Shown here: one piece after another, positions 1-19,677 of the stretch | Numbering within the stretch: position 1 is the first letter of the stretch | Layout of the letters: the number at the start of each line of letters is the position of its first letter | Origin: the human T2T-CHM13v2.0 reference genome, Homo sapiens | Reading direction: 5' to 3' | DNA length: 64,000 bases | Assembly: GCA_009914755.4 (NCBI GenBank) | Contig: CP068257.2 | Span: forward strand, 31,968,001 to 32,032,000 | Program-made: the position numbers and the translations under genes | Notes under the pieces: model-generated | What the model was told of the DNA's origin: nothing | Databases searched by the model: none | Seen by the model: the letters and a program-made list of their open reading frames with translations, nothing else

Positions 1-423
1 CGAGTATCAAGAAAAAACCTTCAACCTAAAGATTTTATCAGCTAACATGATCACTGAAAAGTAAAAATCATATAAGCTGTATAATAAATAACATGAAAAA
101 TACATTACACACTGTAAAAAAGTCTGAAAGGAGTCACACTAAACTTTTAACCATGGTTACCTATGGGAAGCGGGAATTTGTTGTTGGGGGTAGGGGTGGT
201 GGAGGGGCAGATTTCACTTTTTAGTTTTTACAGTTCTTTATGGTAGTATAGATGTTTGTATTGAAGTAGAAATATTCCAAGTGTTAAAACATTTTGGATC
301 TTTTAAGCTTCTGAAACTCTGCATCCAGGGCTAACAAAGCCCATATTTAAGAAACATTTCCTGACTTCAAATATTTCCCCTCAACCTGTCTGCTTCAGGT
401 CGACGTTCTCCACAATACAAGAA

Positions 424-728
424 TTTTTTTTTTTTTAAATTGAGACGGAGTCTCCCTCTGTCGCCTAGGCTGAGTGAAGTGGTGTGATCTCGGCTCAGTA
501 CCAACCTCTGCCGCCTAGGATCAAGCGATTCTCGTGCCTCGTCCTCCCGAGTACCTGGGACTACAGGCGTGCCCCACCACGCCTGGCTAATTTTTTTGTA
601 TTTTTAGTCGAGACGGGGGTTTCGTCATATTGGCCAGGCTGTTCGCGAACTCCTGACCTCAGGTGTGATCCGCCTGCTTCAGCCTCTCAAAGTGTTGGGA
701 TTACAGACATGAGCCACTGTGCCCGGCC
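424..728 (-). mobile_element. Alu SINE (AluS-like)
   Basis: poly-T then GAGACGGAGTCTC... and ends ...GAGCCACTGTGCCCGGCC. Confidence 0.9.
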
Positions 729-961
729 AAGCATTCTTTTATATCACAATAAAATATCAGAGAAGGGGGAACTATCTTGGATAGACCATAAGAAGGTCAC
801 TTATTTACAAGAGAAACTGGGTCTTGGAGAACTCTTCTAGCCTGTTCCCATTAGGACAAACCGCATTTATCAAACTACACAGCACAATGGTAGTAGTTGG
901 GGAATGGAAACGTGTGTGTGTTAGGGGAGAGGAGCAACGAGGTTCAGTGCTATGCCACAAC

Positions 962-1038
962 CTGTGGAGGTGGGCCAGGAGGGCTGGCTCTGAGTGATGA
1001 ACTGGAGAAGTCAACTGCCCAAAGAAGAGTGGTAAAAA
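962..1038 (-). CDS. DONSON: Candidate DONSON exon 4 (77 nt): FLPLFFGQLTSPVHHSEPALLAHLH(R)
   Basis: Pyrimidine-rich acceptor ttttcttttactctctaacag|TTTTTACC and donor CACAG|gttgtgg. In frame with exon 3. I do not recall this protein segment, so it rests on splice signals and open frame only. Confidence 0.35.
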
Positions 1039-1136
1039 CTGTTAGAGAGTAAAAGAAAACCCCCACGTCTATCAGGCCTATTTTAGCGCTGGCTATCTTT
1101 ACAGTCATCATTACTGTATCAAACCAACTCCTTTAC

Positions 1137-1214
1137 CTTGGCTGATGCGGTATTTTCATCCCTGGTTGAGATGATCAAGCCTCTCTGTAAAACTACTTTC
1201 CAAGCAAAATGCTT
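1137..1214 (-). CDS. DONSON: DONSON exon 3 (78 nt, phase 0): KHFAWKVVLQRGLIISTRDENTASAK
   Basis: Acceptor acttctcag|AAGCATTTTG and donor GCCAAG|gtaaagg on the minus strand. Open in frame after exon 2. Confidence 0.55.
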
Positions 1215-1289
1215 CTGAGAAGTATAAATGTATTTTTAAAAATAGGCTCAAATCCTATGAAAAAAAAGTTTATACAAATACACATTCTA

Positions 1290-1397
<108 letters not shown>

Positions 1398-1739
1398 TTA
1401 AATATATTCTCCTTTAAAATTTAAAGGATGCTGAAGTTTGCGTTAAATATGTACAGAGCCTCACCTGGCATACATGTTTCTCAATAAACGCAAGTACACC
1501 TAAATTCAGAGGCACCCCATCCAATCTATGAGTTTCAACACTTCAGTTTTGTGTCTGAACTTTAGTATCAAAATTGAGGGGAACAGGGACCGGCGTTTCA
1601 AACCGAAAGATCCAAAAGGCTTTGGGTAAGACAGATGCTAGTGAATTCTGACCCCACGAATCCTCGACATTCCCCCATCTCCAGAATAATTTGGAGTGCG
1701 TGAGAGAAGGGAGGCCCTAAATCACGGGGGAAGCAGGGC

Positions 1740-2790
<1,051 letters not shown>

Positions 2791-3336
2791 AGCAGGGATG
2801 TGATCAGCCCGGGGTTTGGCGCCTGGATGAAAAGGAAACAAACTTGAGCTGCGGCGATGGGCTGCTGCTTCCATAAACTTAAGAGAGGGCAGTGGCTACT
2901 GCTCTCAAGAGGCGAGGAGAGGGGACTAGGCCACCTTCCTCAACCCCCAGAGAACTCAGATAAGACGTCAGCACGCTTCCTATGCCAGCGCAGCCTACCG
3001 ACATCCCTCCCTTCCCCGTTCCCAGTGCCTGGTCATCTCAGACTTCCAGGCAGCTGCCACTGGCAAGTTAATGGGATCTTCTTTGATCCTGGGGAAAGCC
3101 GGAGTGAATGAATAGTTGAAAACACAAAATTTAAGTGCCTATGGGCTAAGTCTTTTAAGACTTCAAAATATACTCAAATGCTTAAATTATGACAGCAAAG
3201 ACTTAAGGAAGGTGTTGAGAACGGAGTTGATACAAAATTAATACGTTACTTTGATAGCTTAGCAAAGGCCTGCAACAGCTTTTATCAAGAGTAGTGTGAC
3301 TTTTGCTGAAAGCAGCAGTTTTCTTCATGGAAGGAA

Positions 3337-3344
3337 TTTTATAG
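3337..3344 (-). terminator. CRYZL1: Possible variant poly(A) signal TATAAA for CRYZL1 3'UTR (no canonical AATAAA/ATTAAA found between 3100 and 3611 on the minus strand)
   Basis: Plus-strand TTTTATAG at 3337..3344 is TATAAAA on the minus strand, about 270 nt after the stop codon. Weak evidence. Confidence 0.2.
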
Positions 3345-3504
3345 CAGGGGCAAAATATATAGAAACAATGAAAAGGTTTTTAGAAAAATTCCCTTAAGAT
3401 GTTAATTATAGAATTATCTTGATCATTTGCACAAGAATTTTTCAAACACTTTTCAAATGTGTCAACTGAGCATCTTGTCTTAGCAGAGAAACGTGCTTAA
3501 AAAT

Positions 3505-3604
3505 GCAACTTGTTTTATCTTCCTTGGTTTTTCTCAACAATTTCCAAAGAAAATTCTGGCTTCAAATACTGGAATATGTTCATCCGACTGAGGTCTGAGA
3601 AAGA
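3505..3604 (-). pseudogene. CRYZL1: Degenerate tandem duplicate of the CRYZL1 terminal coding exon (pseudo-exon in the 3'UTR, about 78% identical to 3619..3720); keeps acceptor ttctcag|ACCTCAG; would encode PQSDEHIPVFEARIFFGNC*
   Basis: Direct alignment of the two adjacent ~100-bp units read from the sequence. Confidence 0.6.
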
Positions 3605-3610
3605 AGAAAA

Positions 3611-3745
<135 letters not shown>

Positions 3746-3816
3746 TTAAAGATAAGTAGAACAAACAGGGTGGTATATGACAAATGCTAGTGCTCAAATC
3801 TATTAGTGTATTAATT

Positions 3817-4124
<308 letters not shown>

Positions 4125-4181
4125 TAATTCAAACAAATTCGTCCATTAGTGTTTCCAATGTTAAAAGTGGTTAAGTTTTGA

Positions 4182-4541
<360 letters not shown>

Positions 4542-4950
4542 TAAACAAATATACCATGGTTTTCTCTCCTTCAAGCTATTGGTTACTTCAAGTTGCTTTG
4601 GGAGGGGTGATGAGGAAAAGCAAAGGGTGAGGTACACTACATAATGGAGTGAGGAAAACTCACAAGCCACTTCTATCTCTGCGAGTACCTACTGGTGTAC
4701 CACCAGATACACTTTGATAAATATTAAAGAGCAGCTATTTAAACGAAATATAAGATCAGTGCAAAAGTAAATGCAGTTTTTGCCATTACTTTCAATGGCA
4801 AAAACCACAATTATGTTTGCACCAACCTAATAATAAAATATGGAGGCAACAGGTACATGGCGAGAGCTAAAACAAAAGTGGGACTGCCTGCCTTAGCTCC
4901 CTGAAAATAGAAAAACAAACAAGAACAATGATTTGGTTACTTTAGCGTAC

Positions 4951-4996
4951 CTGAAAACACCAGTTGATAACTTCTCCATCACATCCTTTAAGATAC
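4951..4996 (-). CDS. CRYZL1: CRYZL1 exon 12 (46 nt): (C)ILKDVMEKLSTGVF(R)
   Basis: Preceded by the U12-type 3' splice site ...ccaccttaacaatccttccagctAC|GTATCTTAAAGG. Donor TTTTCAG|gtacgc. Frame is consistent: T from exon 11 plus GT gives Cys. Confidence 0.8.
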
Positions 4997-5559
4997 GTAG
5001 CTGGAAGGATTGTTAAGGTGGCAATGTAAAGGAGAATTAAATAAAACCATTCAATAAGCAGAGGATGCCAGGCAGGCCACTTTCTCTTGTTTCAAGTTTT
5101 GCACTCTCAGAGACTCAACATGTTAAGTTAGAGAAATTCTGTAGGACGTCAAGTTTAGCTCTACAACAGGGAAATGATTTGAGAGTTGGTGGTGTAATAG
5201 AGCCTAAATTTCCAAGGACAAGTGACAAGAGCAGCAAGTCAAGCCTGGTGCTTATCCTAAGTGCTCACCACTATTATCTCAATGGATGCGAATGAAATAG
5301 TGTCTAGTTTTCATTTCTACACTACATATGGCATTTTTAGTTAAAAACAATTTTAGCACGTATATATCTTACTTTAGATGTACATTCGTTGACCAGGCTG
5401 GTTGGTTAATGGGCTCAAAATTTGTTTGCAGAAGCCAGTAAACTTTATGTGTGTATGATATACAGTCATCCCTCACGCATCCATGAGGGATTGGTTCCAG
5501 GACCCCCATGAAGACCAAAATCTCCAGATACTCAAGTCCCTTATAGAAAATAGTGCAGC

Positions 5560-5772
5560 AGCTTGGGAAACAAGGCTCTCTACAAAAAAATTAAAAATTA
5601 GCCAGGCATGGTGGCATGTGCCTGTTGCCCCAGCTACTGGGGAGGCTGAGGCAGGAGGATCCCTTGAGCACATGGGTTTGAGGTTACAGTGAGCTGGAAT
5701 GAGCACTGCACTCCAGCCAGGGCAACAGAGCAATACCCTGTCTCAAAAGAAAAAAAAAAAGAAAGAAAAAAA
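5560..5772 (+). mobile_element. 5'-truncated Alu
   Basis: TTAGCCAGGCATGGTGG...GCACTCCAGCC...poly-A. Confidence 0.8.
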
Positions 5773-5932
5773 AAATGGCCTAGTATTTGCATATAACCGA
5801 GGCACATCTCCATTATACATTAAGTCATCTCTATATTACTTATAATACCTAATGCAATGTAAATACTATGTAGATAGTGGTTATGCTATTTTTTTTGTTT
5901 TTTTTATTGTCGTATTATTACTTTTTCAGAGC

Positions 5933-6225
5933 TTTTTTTTTTTTTTTTTGAGACAGGGGCCCCCTCTGTGGCCCAGGCTAGAGTGCAGTGGCATGATCAT
6001 GGCTCACTGCAGCCTCAACCTCTCAGGCTCTAGTGATCCTCAGCCTCCCAAGTAGCTGGGACCACAGCAATTCACCGCCACACCAGGTTAATTTATTTTT
6101 ATTTTTGTATAGACAGGGTCTCCCTATGTTGCCCGGGCTGGTCTCAAACTCCTGAGATGAAGCCATCCTCCTGCCTCAGCCTCCCAAAGTGCTGGGATTA
6201 CAGGCATGAGCCACTGCCCCCAGCC
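5933..6225 (-). mobile_element. Alu SINE (older subfamily)
   Basis: reverse-complement Alu consensus. Confidence 0.9.
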
Positions 6226-6557
6226 TCCAAATATTTTTGATCCTTGATTGGTTGAATCCCTGGATGTGGAACCCTCAGATACAGGGGGCTGATCGTATGT
6301 CACTAAGAGAATCAGAAAATGATGTAAAAATCAAAGAAAAAATCTATCTTGCTAATTTAATTGAAATTATAATACTAAGATCAAGATTCTATGTAATTGC
6401 CCGTACTTCTGAATTATTTATGGCCCAGAATGACACAGTTGGAAGGAGATGTCTCTGTTAAATCACAAGCAGCAACTTAGCTTGTATGAACTGAATGAGG
6501 AGGGTTTGCACAAGTGAGGACTACTGTATGATTCAGGACTTTAGAAAATGCAAATTA

Positions 6558-7216
<659 letters not shown>

Positions 7217-7488
7217 CTAAAGAATATAAATTTACTAATTCACATCCCTGCAAGTTCCCTTCCTACTGCTGTTAATAAAATTCTTACCTGTGTGCAAAGC
7301 ATGTATTTCTGATTCTGGAAAATGTACAGTATTTCATATACACATGTCATGTTTCAACTTGGTCCAAGGATTTGTCAAATAGGTTAAAATTGCCTTCTCA
7401 TCGGGAGAGGTGGTTTGAGAGAATTAAGTTATATACTATAAGCAGAGCAGTCTAGTTTCCAACATGTAAGATTCAAAACTAATAGCTA

Positions 7489-7803
<315 letters not shown>

Positions 7804-7893
7804 AAACTAATAGCTACATAGTATTCTAACCTTAACTAATGTTACTTTTGTTAACTGTTACTTTTAATAGCCACATGGTATTCTCCACTGTAG

Positions 7894-8246
<353 letters not shown>

Positions 8247-8428
8247 CTCATGTACCTTTTTAAAAAATGAAATTAATTAAAAATCCTTTTAGAAAGTTAA
8301 ATCTAATTTTCAAATTTAATAGGAAATATTTAATCAGAAATAACTTTAAACTCATACATTCACTACATGAAGGGGTTTTGAAATCTACTCCTTAAAACTT
8401 AACACATGCAGTATACTAATTACGTAAC

Positions 8429-8596
8429 TTTTTTTTTTTTTTTTTTTTTTTGAGATGGAGTCTCACTCTGTCACCAGGCTGGAGTGTAGTAGTGCAATCT
8501 TGGCTCACTGAAACCTCTGCCTCCCAGGTTCAAGCGATTCTTCTGCCTCAGCCTCATGAGTAGCTGGGATTACAGGCATGTGCCACCATGCCCGGC
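8429..8596 (-). mobile_element. Partial Alu (right arm only / FRAM-like)
   Basis: poly-T + right-arm RC ending CCACCATGCCCGGCC. Confidence 0.8.
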
Positions 8597-9520
8597 CTAC
8601 ATAACTACCTTAAAGCTCCGAATAAAGACTGTCATTGCTCCTGGAGGGAACTGGCCTTTATACATATCACACATATATGACTAGACACATTTAAGAAAAG
8701 TAACGTATGATATTCAGTAGAGAGAAGTGTAAGGCTATGTAAATCTTTCTTCAGACACACACATATGCTCTATCAAGTAATGATAACTTTTTTTTTATCC
8801 AATACATTAAAACTTTTACCAAGTGCTGCTGCCTCTAAGCCAGTCATTTTAGAAATAAAAGGAATTCTTAAGTTGACCCTACTCTAAAGAGGTTTGCACC
8901 TTTCTTTTTGAAATTGTTTGTATATTCCAAACTTTTTATTATTTTTACTCAACTGGAATGATTTGGCTTCAATCACACCAGACTTATCTCTGAATGACTT
9001 TTGTTTCAAAAAGTCAAACCTATCTTCATTTGATAAAGATTTCCTAGCATTGATATTTATAAAACACTCCACAAACTCTTTAATTTAGAAAAGTATTCTG
9101 AAATGTTTCTGTGCAATGGCACCATCATAGGAGTAAGTGTGCAACCTTTCAAGGTGATGTGTGCTTTCCTTAATGTGAGGTTAAAAACAAAATCTTCCAG
9201 GTATCTTAGGGCTCATCTCTGTTCAGAAAGGAGAGAGACTGCCTGAGTGTGATTCTTGCTCCGCCACTTGCTGCGTCCTTGAGTCTGTATCAACATCTCT
9301 GTGCTTCTGTTTCTTCACCTGTGAAATGGGGATGATAACAGTACTTACATCTCAAAAGGCTGTTTTAATGTTTAAATGAATACTTGCAAGGCACTTGGAA
9401 TACTGTTTGGAATACTTAAGGAAACTTAACTGCTATTATTATTTCCTATTATCGTAATGAAAGAACTTAGTACAGTACAAAGTTCAAGCCAGAAACTCAA
9501 TCAGTCGATAAAAAGGATAT

Positions 9521-9626
9521 AAAGATATTTTCCCTGTTGTACATTTGACAAATTCCAAACTTCATCATTCAGGAAAGCTAACGTTGCTCCCTTGAGGAAA
9601 AGGCAGTGGCTATCTGGAGGATCCAA
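9521..9626 (-). CDS. CRYZL1: CRYZL1 exon 11 (106 nt): [35 protein letters not shown]
   Basis: Acceptor ctatccaag|TTGGATCC. The exon ends immediately before ATATCCTTTT, a U12-type AT-AC 5' splice site. There is no GT donor before the in-frame stop. Confidence 0.8.
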
Positions 9627-10147
9627 CTTGGATAGAATGAAACAAAGACTAATCAATTATTGTGAGTTTAACAGCAGGATGACTGGTATCTCGAGTCAGA
9701 AAAACTTCTACACAAATTAAATGATGTCCAAATCACAAAAATATGCACATAAACTTTAATAACGTAAACGATAATATTTTCTATTTCATGGTCCAAAATG
9801 ATGAAACAGCGAGGTGATAAGTACATGGCAGATGCAAGGCCAATCTAGAATCCTGGTGGTGAAGTGGTAGGGGTGTGTGTGTGTCTTTTCTGGCCATCTT
9901 CATGAGGGTGTTGGAAAATCAGTGAAGATTGGTAGGTGAGAATTACGGTATTTGCATATCAGCCATCATGTAAATATGTAACTAGAATGCTGAAAAATAT
10001 AACCTTGAGAGATACATAAACATATATAGTAATTCCAATTTGAATAATTAGGAAATTGTGATAATTTTATATAGAAATATTTTGCTAAGTATATGTCAAC
10101 AATGTCACCGAGAAAAAATGCTATCTGAAATACTATTAAAAATTCAT

Positions 10148-10480
<333 letters not shown>

Positions 10481-10650
10481 CTAAATCACTAAATAAAATT
10501 ACACTTCATCGTCATTGAAAGGATGTCTCTACTAGGCAGTATTTCAACATTTTGGCCAACATGTTGCTAAAGTGAAAAAAAAAGCTACATTTCTTTCTGA
10601 TATAAAATATGGAATGGAAAAAAAAAGCTAAATTTCTTTATTTTTCAGAT

Positions 10651-10996
<346 letters not shown>

Positions 10997-11024
10997 TAAC
11001 TTAGGCATTATTGTTTGTTAATTA

Positions 11025-11282
<258 letters not shown>

Positions 11283-11283
11283 T

Positions 11284-11394
11284 TATTTAGAGACAAGGTC
11301 TTACTATGTTGCCCAGGCTGGCCTGGACTCCAGCAATCCTCCAGCCTCAGCCTCATGAGTAGTTGGGACTACAGGCACAGGCCACTGTGTCCGC
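11284..11394 (-). mobile_element. Partial Alu (monomer, FLAM-like)
   Basis: GAGACAAGGTCTTACTATGTTGCCCAGGCTGG... Confidence 0.7.
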
Positions 11395-11406
11395 CGGCAC
11401 TCTCTT

Positions 11407-11703
<297 letters not shown>

Positions 11704-12939
11704 CTCCTTACTTTTTAATGTACAAATGAGGAAATATTTTTCTTAGAAAAAGCAACACACAATGTATTCTGATACCTTAAAATCTACTTTTTGCATTAAA
11801 CTGATCATAAAATTTATTCAACATTTAATTGTAATTTATTGTAAATCTACTTATTATAGAAATAAATAAAGATAAAAAGTCTATCTTCATTTGAAAACCA
11901 GGCAAAGTAATGTAACACATAACCAAATCTGACAATTAACACTGATAGCTTAATATAGTGAGATGAATTGATTCCCAATTAAAAAACTCATAGACTCAAG
12001 ATAGTCTTAACATAATTACTGAAATGTCCATGTGAAAAAATGATGCAATAAAGTATGTATTTACTTCCACTGACAGATTTTCCTGAGCTATTTTCAAATC
12101 TTAGAAAATACTGGTTTAAAAAACCACACTATAGTCATAACCATATTCATCCATGATTCTCACATTAGAAGATAAATCCTACCAAAGTATAAATAGAAGC
12201 ACTTTGCAGGCTCGTAAAGCCTATCCTTTAGAAGTCATGCTATTACTTAAGTGTGTTCAGAGTAAGTGTTAAATAAATACTGGTTAAACTAAAAACATTC
12301 AAGAAAAGTGAAACTGGAACAAATTTTGATATTTTCCAAATAGAGACTGCAGAAGTCAACTATCCAATCGAAGGCAGCCACACACAGCAGATGGGACTGA
12401 AAAGGCATGAGAATGATGCTGTGTTTTCTGGGAGCCACTGAGGAGGCCATGTTTCTAGATTTCTTGTAGCGATATGTCATTTGTTACTCTAATGTCTACA
12501 CCAAGCTTGTCCAACTCGCAGCCTGCCCAGGATGGCATTAAATGCTGCCCAACACAAATTCGTAACTTTCTTAAAACATTATAAGACATTTTTGAGTTTT
12601 TTTTTTTTTTTTTGGCTCATAAGATATCATTAGTGTTACTGTATTTTATGTGTGGCCTAAGACAATTCTTCTTCCAATGTGGCCAGGGAAGCCAAAAGAT
12701 TGGACACCCCTAGTCTACGCTGTAAAAGATAAGCATGTTCTCTCTTACATACAGCGCTTACAATGAGAATAAAGTGGAAGTTCCAATTTAAATTAAAAAG
12801 TCTTCAGTTAAAAACAAAACCTAAAACTGAACATCTGGTTTAATAAGTGCATTAATAATTATGCCCTGGTTAAATTTTTTTTCTTAAATTCATCAAACTA
12901 AAAAAACTACACAGGCTACTAATTTCATAAGGTACCTAC

Positions 12940-13038
12940 CTCCAGCATCTAGGACAATATCTACTCCCAGGCCACCTGTTTCTTCCAAACAGCTTTCAGC
13001 AACATGAACTTTCCCATTAGATACATCAATCACTCGGG
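12940..13038 (-). CDS. CRYZL1: CRYZL1 exon 9 (99 nt): (A)[32 protein letters not shown]
   Basis: Acceptor tcctttacag|CCCGAGTG and donor GCTGGAG|gtaggtacc. MDR-family nucleotide-binding-like motif. Confidence 0.85.
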
Positions 13039-13396
13039 CTGTAAAGGACAGGAAATCAGGCAATTGTACTGTTCTCTATGTGATCAACACAAACAAATCA
13101 GGGAAAAAGAAAAAGAAAAGCAAATAAATATCTATTCTTGAAATGAGTTAAGCAATTCAAACAATTACTGAATTTAAAGGGAGAAAGTCAATTTAAATTA
13201 TACTTTTTCTCATCTAACCCAATATGGGATATAGCAGTCTAAATGAAGAGACTTGTATATTTAATAAAACTAAAATGTGAACATTTTGTGGAGAAGGTGA
13301 TCCAAGGCTGGTCTGTTGACACAGAGCACTATTCTCTACAGTTATAGGATATGTTGCCAGAATTAGGAATCTGAAAACACAGAGGTACATATATAA

Positions 13397-13723
<327 letters not shown>

Positions 13724-14408
13724 TAGATTAAGTAGTTTCTCAAGTATGTTCATATTTAATAGTCTTTAGAGCTAAAAAACATAAAAATATACAGATGATA
13801 TGCTCATCTTTACGATGGGCTACATCCCAATATACCCACCGTAAGTCAAAAATGCACTCTATACCCCAATAAACCGATCGTAACATTTAAAAAATCCTAA
13901 ATCGAAACACTGTCAGCTGGGGACAGTCTGTATTTGTATAATATGGTAATTATCTACTAGAGGCTGTTTCACCCTTTCTCAGTCATAGAAATCTCCCTCT
14001 CTTCCCCACTTACTCTCCCAAATGAAGAAAAATCTTAAAGCTAAGGAAAAGGAGCATGATTTTTAGGCAAGTCAGTAAAAATTAAACAGATTTTAATTGG
14101 CTGCATTAAAGGATATTAGTAGTATCCTATTAATAGAATATAAATTATTGACAGAATTAAAAATAATTCTCAGAATTTTGAACTGGCAAATAACAACATG
14201 TTTGTATTTCCTTTCTCTATCTTTCAACACCTTCTAGCTGAAGAGAATTCCTCTTAGAGCTGCTCAGATTAGTGGTGTAGTCCAACAGAGTAATCTAGGA
14301 CTTGGAGGCAAGGAGGAAGAGGACAAAAGGGAAAGGGGGACAAAGCAATCTAGGAAAGGCAAATTAACAAATAAGAAATTTTCCCTTCGTTCATGTTCTT
14401 TTTTTTAA

Positions 14409-14716
<308 letters not shown>

Positions 14717-14723
14717 CCATTAA

Positions 14724-15029
14724 TGTTTTTTTTTTTTTTTTTTTTTGGGGGCGGACTGTCGCTCTGTTGCCCAGGCTGGAGTGCACTGACACGATCTCGG
14801 CTCACTGCAACCTCCACCTCCCAGGTTCTAGCAATTCTCCTGCCTTAGCCTCCTGAGTAGCTGGGATTACAGGCGTCTGCCACCACGCCCAGCTAATTTT
14901 TGTATTTTTAATAGAGATGGGGTTTCATCACGTTGGCCAGGCTGGTCTTGAACTCCTCACCTCAAGTGATCCACCCGCCTCGGCCTCCCAAAGTGCTGGG
15001 ATTGCAGATGTGAGCCACCACGCCCAGCC
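14724..15029 (-). mobile_element. Alu SINE
   Basis: reverse-complement Alu, immediately adjacent to the previous Alu. Confidence 0.9.
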
Positions 15030-15424
15030 TGTGCTCTTTCTCCATTCTATTTTCAGATCTCTTCTTTTTCCTTTTCTCCTCCTTTCTCCAGCCCCTGTAT
15101 TGCCTTCCTTCTATTTCTTGGTTATCTCTGTCACAAGCATAATGTAACAGTGGAAATAATGTGAGCTTTACTGTCAGACAGGCCTGGGTTCAAATCTCAT
15201 TCCAGTCCTTTACTAGGTGTATATCCTTGGAGAAGCTAGTTCTCTGAGGCTTGTCTCTAGTTCTTCCACACCCAGCCTGCATCAGGTGTTTCTAAACTGC
15301 ATCAAAGTTCACCTAATTCAAAATTAAGTAAATTGTTGAAAACAATGGGGCAAACAGGAAAAAACATTGAAAAATGTAAGTTTAAAAAAAAATAATTAAA
15401 ATTAAAACTATCACTTAAGTAAAC

Positions 15425-15725
15425 TGGGGCTGGACATGGTGGCTCATGCCTGTAATTCCAGCACTTTGGGAGGCCAAGGTGGGTGCATTGCTTGAGCTCA
15501 GAAGTTTGATACCAGCCTAGGCAACATGGCTAAACCCGTCTCTACAAAAAATACAAAAAATTAGCTGGGCGTGATGGCATATGCCTGTAGTCCCAGCTAC
15601 TCAGGTGGCTGAGGTGGGAGGATCACCTGACCCTGGGGAGGTCCATACTGCAGTGAGCCACGATTGTGCCATTGTACTCCAGCTGGGTGACACAGTGAGA
15701 CCCTGTTTCAAAAAAAAAAAAAAAA
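15425..15725 (+). mobile_element. Alu SINE
   Basis: GGGGCTGGACATGGTGGCTCATGCC... Confidence 0.9.
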
Positions 15726-15791
15726 GCAAATTGGGAGATAGCACATACACTGCATTTTGAAACTGACTTTCATTTGGGATTTTATAAATTC

Positions 15792-15932
15792 TTTTTTTTT
15801 TTTTTTAAGATTATATATAGATGAGGTCTTCTATGTTGCTCAGGCTGGTCTCAAACTCCTGGGCTCAAGCAATCCTCCCATCCTGGCTTCCCAAGGTGCT
15901 GAGGTTACAGTTGTGAGCCACTGCACCTGGCC
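15792..15932 (-). mobile_element. Partial Alu (left arm)
   Basis: ...GCCACTGCACCTGGCC. Confidence 0.75.
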
Positions 15933-16026
15933 AGGGATTTTGTACTTGGTTTTACAAGTACATTTTTAAAGGTGATTTTCCTTCAAAATTTCCTGTTTTA
16001 AAGTCTGTGCTCATAATATTACCCAC

Positions 16027-16138
16027 CTATGGGAGGTCTGAATCTTTCAAGGCACTGCTTATCTTCAAGGCTGCATGCTGTTGAAATCACTTTGGCTCCT
16101 CTATGATGTGCTAACTGAATAGCTATTGTACCAAATGC
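16027..16138 (-). CDS. CRYZL1: CRYZL1 exon 8 (112 nt): [37 protein letters not shown](A)
   Basis: Acceptor ctacacag|GCATTTGG and donor CCCATAG|gtgggtaat. In frame. Confidence 0.85.
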
Positions 16139-17154
16139 CTGTGTAGAAAAAAATATACAGTGGGTGTATGGTTATAGAACAGAGGCCATATCGAATTGAT
16201 TTCTTTATATTATTTAATAAAGTATAATTCTTTAGTGTTACTTTAGTATATTTTAAAATGTTATCTAATAGGAAAAGAGCAAAGTTATGGGCAAGTTTAA
16301 TAGGGGAAATATTTGATTGACTTTCTTCTTTACAAGGGGTGGTGGAAAAGCTGCATGTCACACGCTGTCACTCAGTCTGACCACAGCACATAATTTCAAG
16401 GATGGAGGGCCACATTCAGACACATGGCCTTGCAAAGAGAAAACTGGGCCTTGTCAATGCGATGGTCTAAGCTAATTATATACTATATATGGGAGTCCAG
16501 CTATCTCTCTTTGAAGATCAAAACACTTCAAAAGCTCCATCCTGTTCAGACCTATAGGGTAAGTTTGGGGAAACACTACTATCCTGATGTTGGATATCAG
16601 GCTGAAGCCAGTGCTGAAGACAGCTTTGCCTTTTCTTCAAAGAAAAGCAGGAAGAAAGCATTTCATCACAAGCCAGTTAGAAAATAAAACTATAAGTTAA
16701 TTTCAAGATTTTCTTAACATTTTTAGATGACAATATTTTATGTATTCTTTTAGTGTCTTGAACTATTTTTTGATATATGTAATATGTTTAAATTAGGACG
16801 TGTTGATCTTTTGTGTGATCCATCTATACATAAAATGCCAATACTTGATCAACGTAAGTGTGAGGGTGGGAAATAGGCTACAAAGCTATTAGGGAATTCT
16901 GGACTATGACTTCAAAGGCTCATGTGGCATCTTAGGCTTTGTCTAACAGGAATGAATAAAAATGGCTTGTCTTTTTAATGTACCAGCAGATTCAAAGTCA
17001 TAAACTAATCACACTAAATCTAACTTTGATCTTCTATTGATAAAAGCTGCTTATTATAACAAAATAGGACACTGGAAAAAAAGTCAATCAATAAGCTATT
17101 GGCAAAGAATTATATTAGCAAATGGATGGCTCATTGCTAAATTTCCTAAGTTTA

Positions 17155-17379
<225 letters not shown>

Positions 17380-17763
17380 CTACCTCCTGGATCTATTTCT
17401 CTCCATCTCTAGTACTACTATGGCCCTGGTCCAAGCCCCTACTCCCATTCTCTCTCACCTACAATACTTTCCATTATTTGCCCATGAATAATTCTCCATA
17501 TAGGAGTCAGTGTGTGTGTATTTTTAAAACTTTTTATATTGTGAAATAAAATGTGCAGAAAAAGTATGTAAAATATAAAATATAGCTGGATGAATAAATA
17601 TAAAGGAAATATGCAAAGTTAACGGTATACCATCCTGGTGGAGAGAGAGCACAACCATCACCCCAGCAGCCTCTTCTCTCCTCACCAAAGGTCACCACCA
17701 TTCTCATGCAATTTCTTATTTGTATCACTCATTAGTACGCATTCCTAAACAATACAATTTCCT

Positions 17764-17878
17764 GGCCTGGCGTGGTGGCTCACGCCTGTAATCCCAGCAC
17801 TTTGGGAGGCCGAGGCAGGCAGATCACGAGGTCAGGAGATCGAGACCATCCTGACTGACACGGTGAAACCCCGTCTCT
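17764..17878 (+). mobile_element. Alu left-arm fragment (head of tandem Alu array)
   Basis: GGCCTGGCGTGGTGGCTCACGCC...GAAACCCCGTCTC then a new Alu head. Confidence 0.85.
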
Positions 17879-18366
<488 letters not shown>

Positions 18367-18379
18367 TTATCTGAATGGA

Positions 18380-19677
<1,298 letters not shown>

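Noticed and set aside
484-840. ORF-track ORFs such as 484..840, 3858..4127, 7486..7773 and 40224..40577 (60-120 aa) with recurring peptides like ...[17 protein letters not shown]... or ...GWSRTPDL...
   Set aside because: They lie entirely inside Alu elements. These are the well-known spurious reading frames of Alu sequence on either strand, not genes.
735-840. Possible further DONSON exon (AAGAGTTCTCCAAGACCCAGTTTCTCTTG|gtaaataag) on the minus strand
   Set aside because: It would be only 29 nt with a weak acceptor (aacaggctag). Not convincing.
8884-9072. Minus ORF 8884..9072 (KSLSNEDRFDFLKQKSFRDKSGVIEAKSFQ) looked like a possible CRYZL1 exon between exons 11 and 12
   Set aside because: No in-phase acceptor, and it does not fit the phase left by exon 10 or 11. 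The real exons 11 and 12 were found elsewhere and complete the ORF without it.
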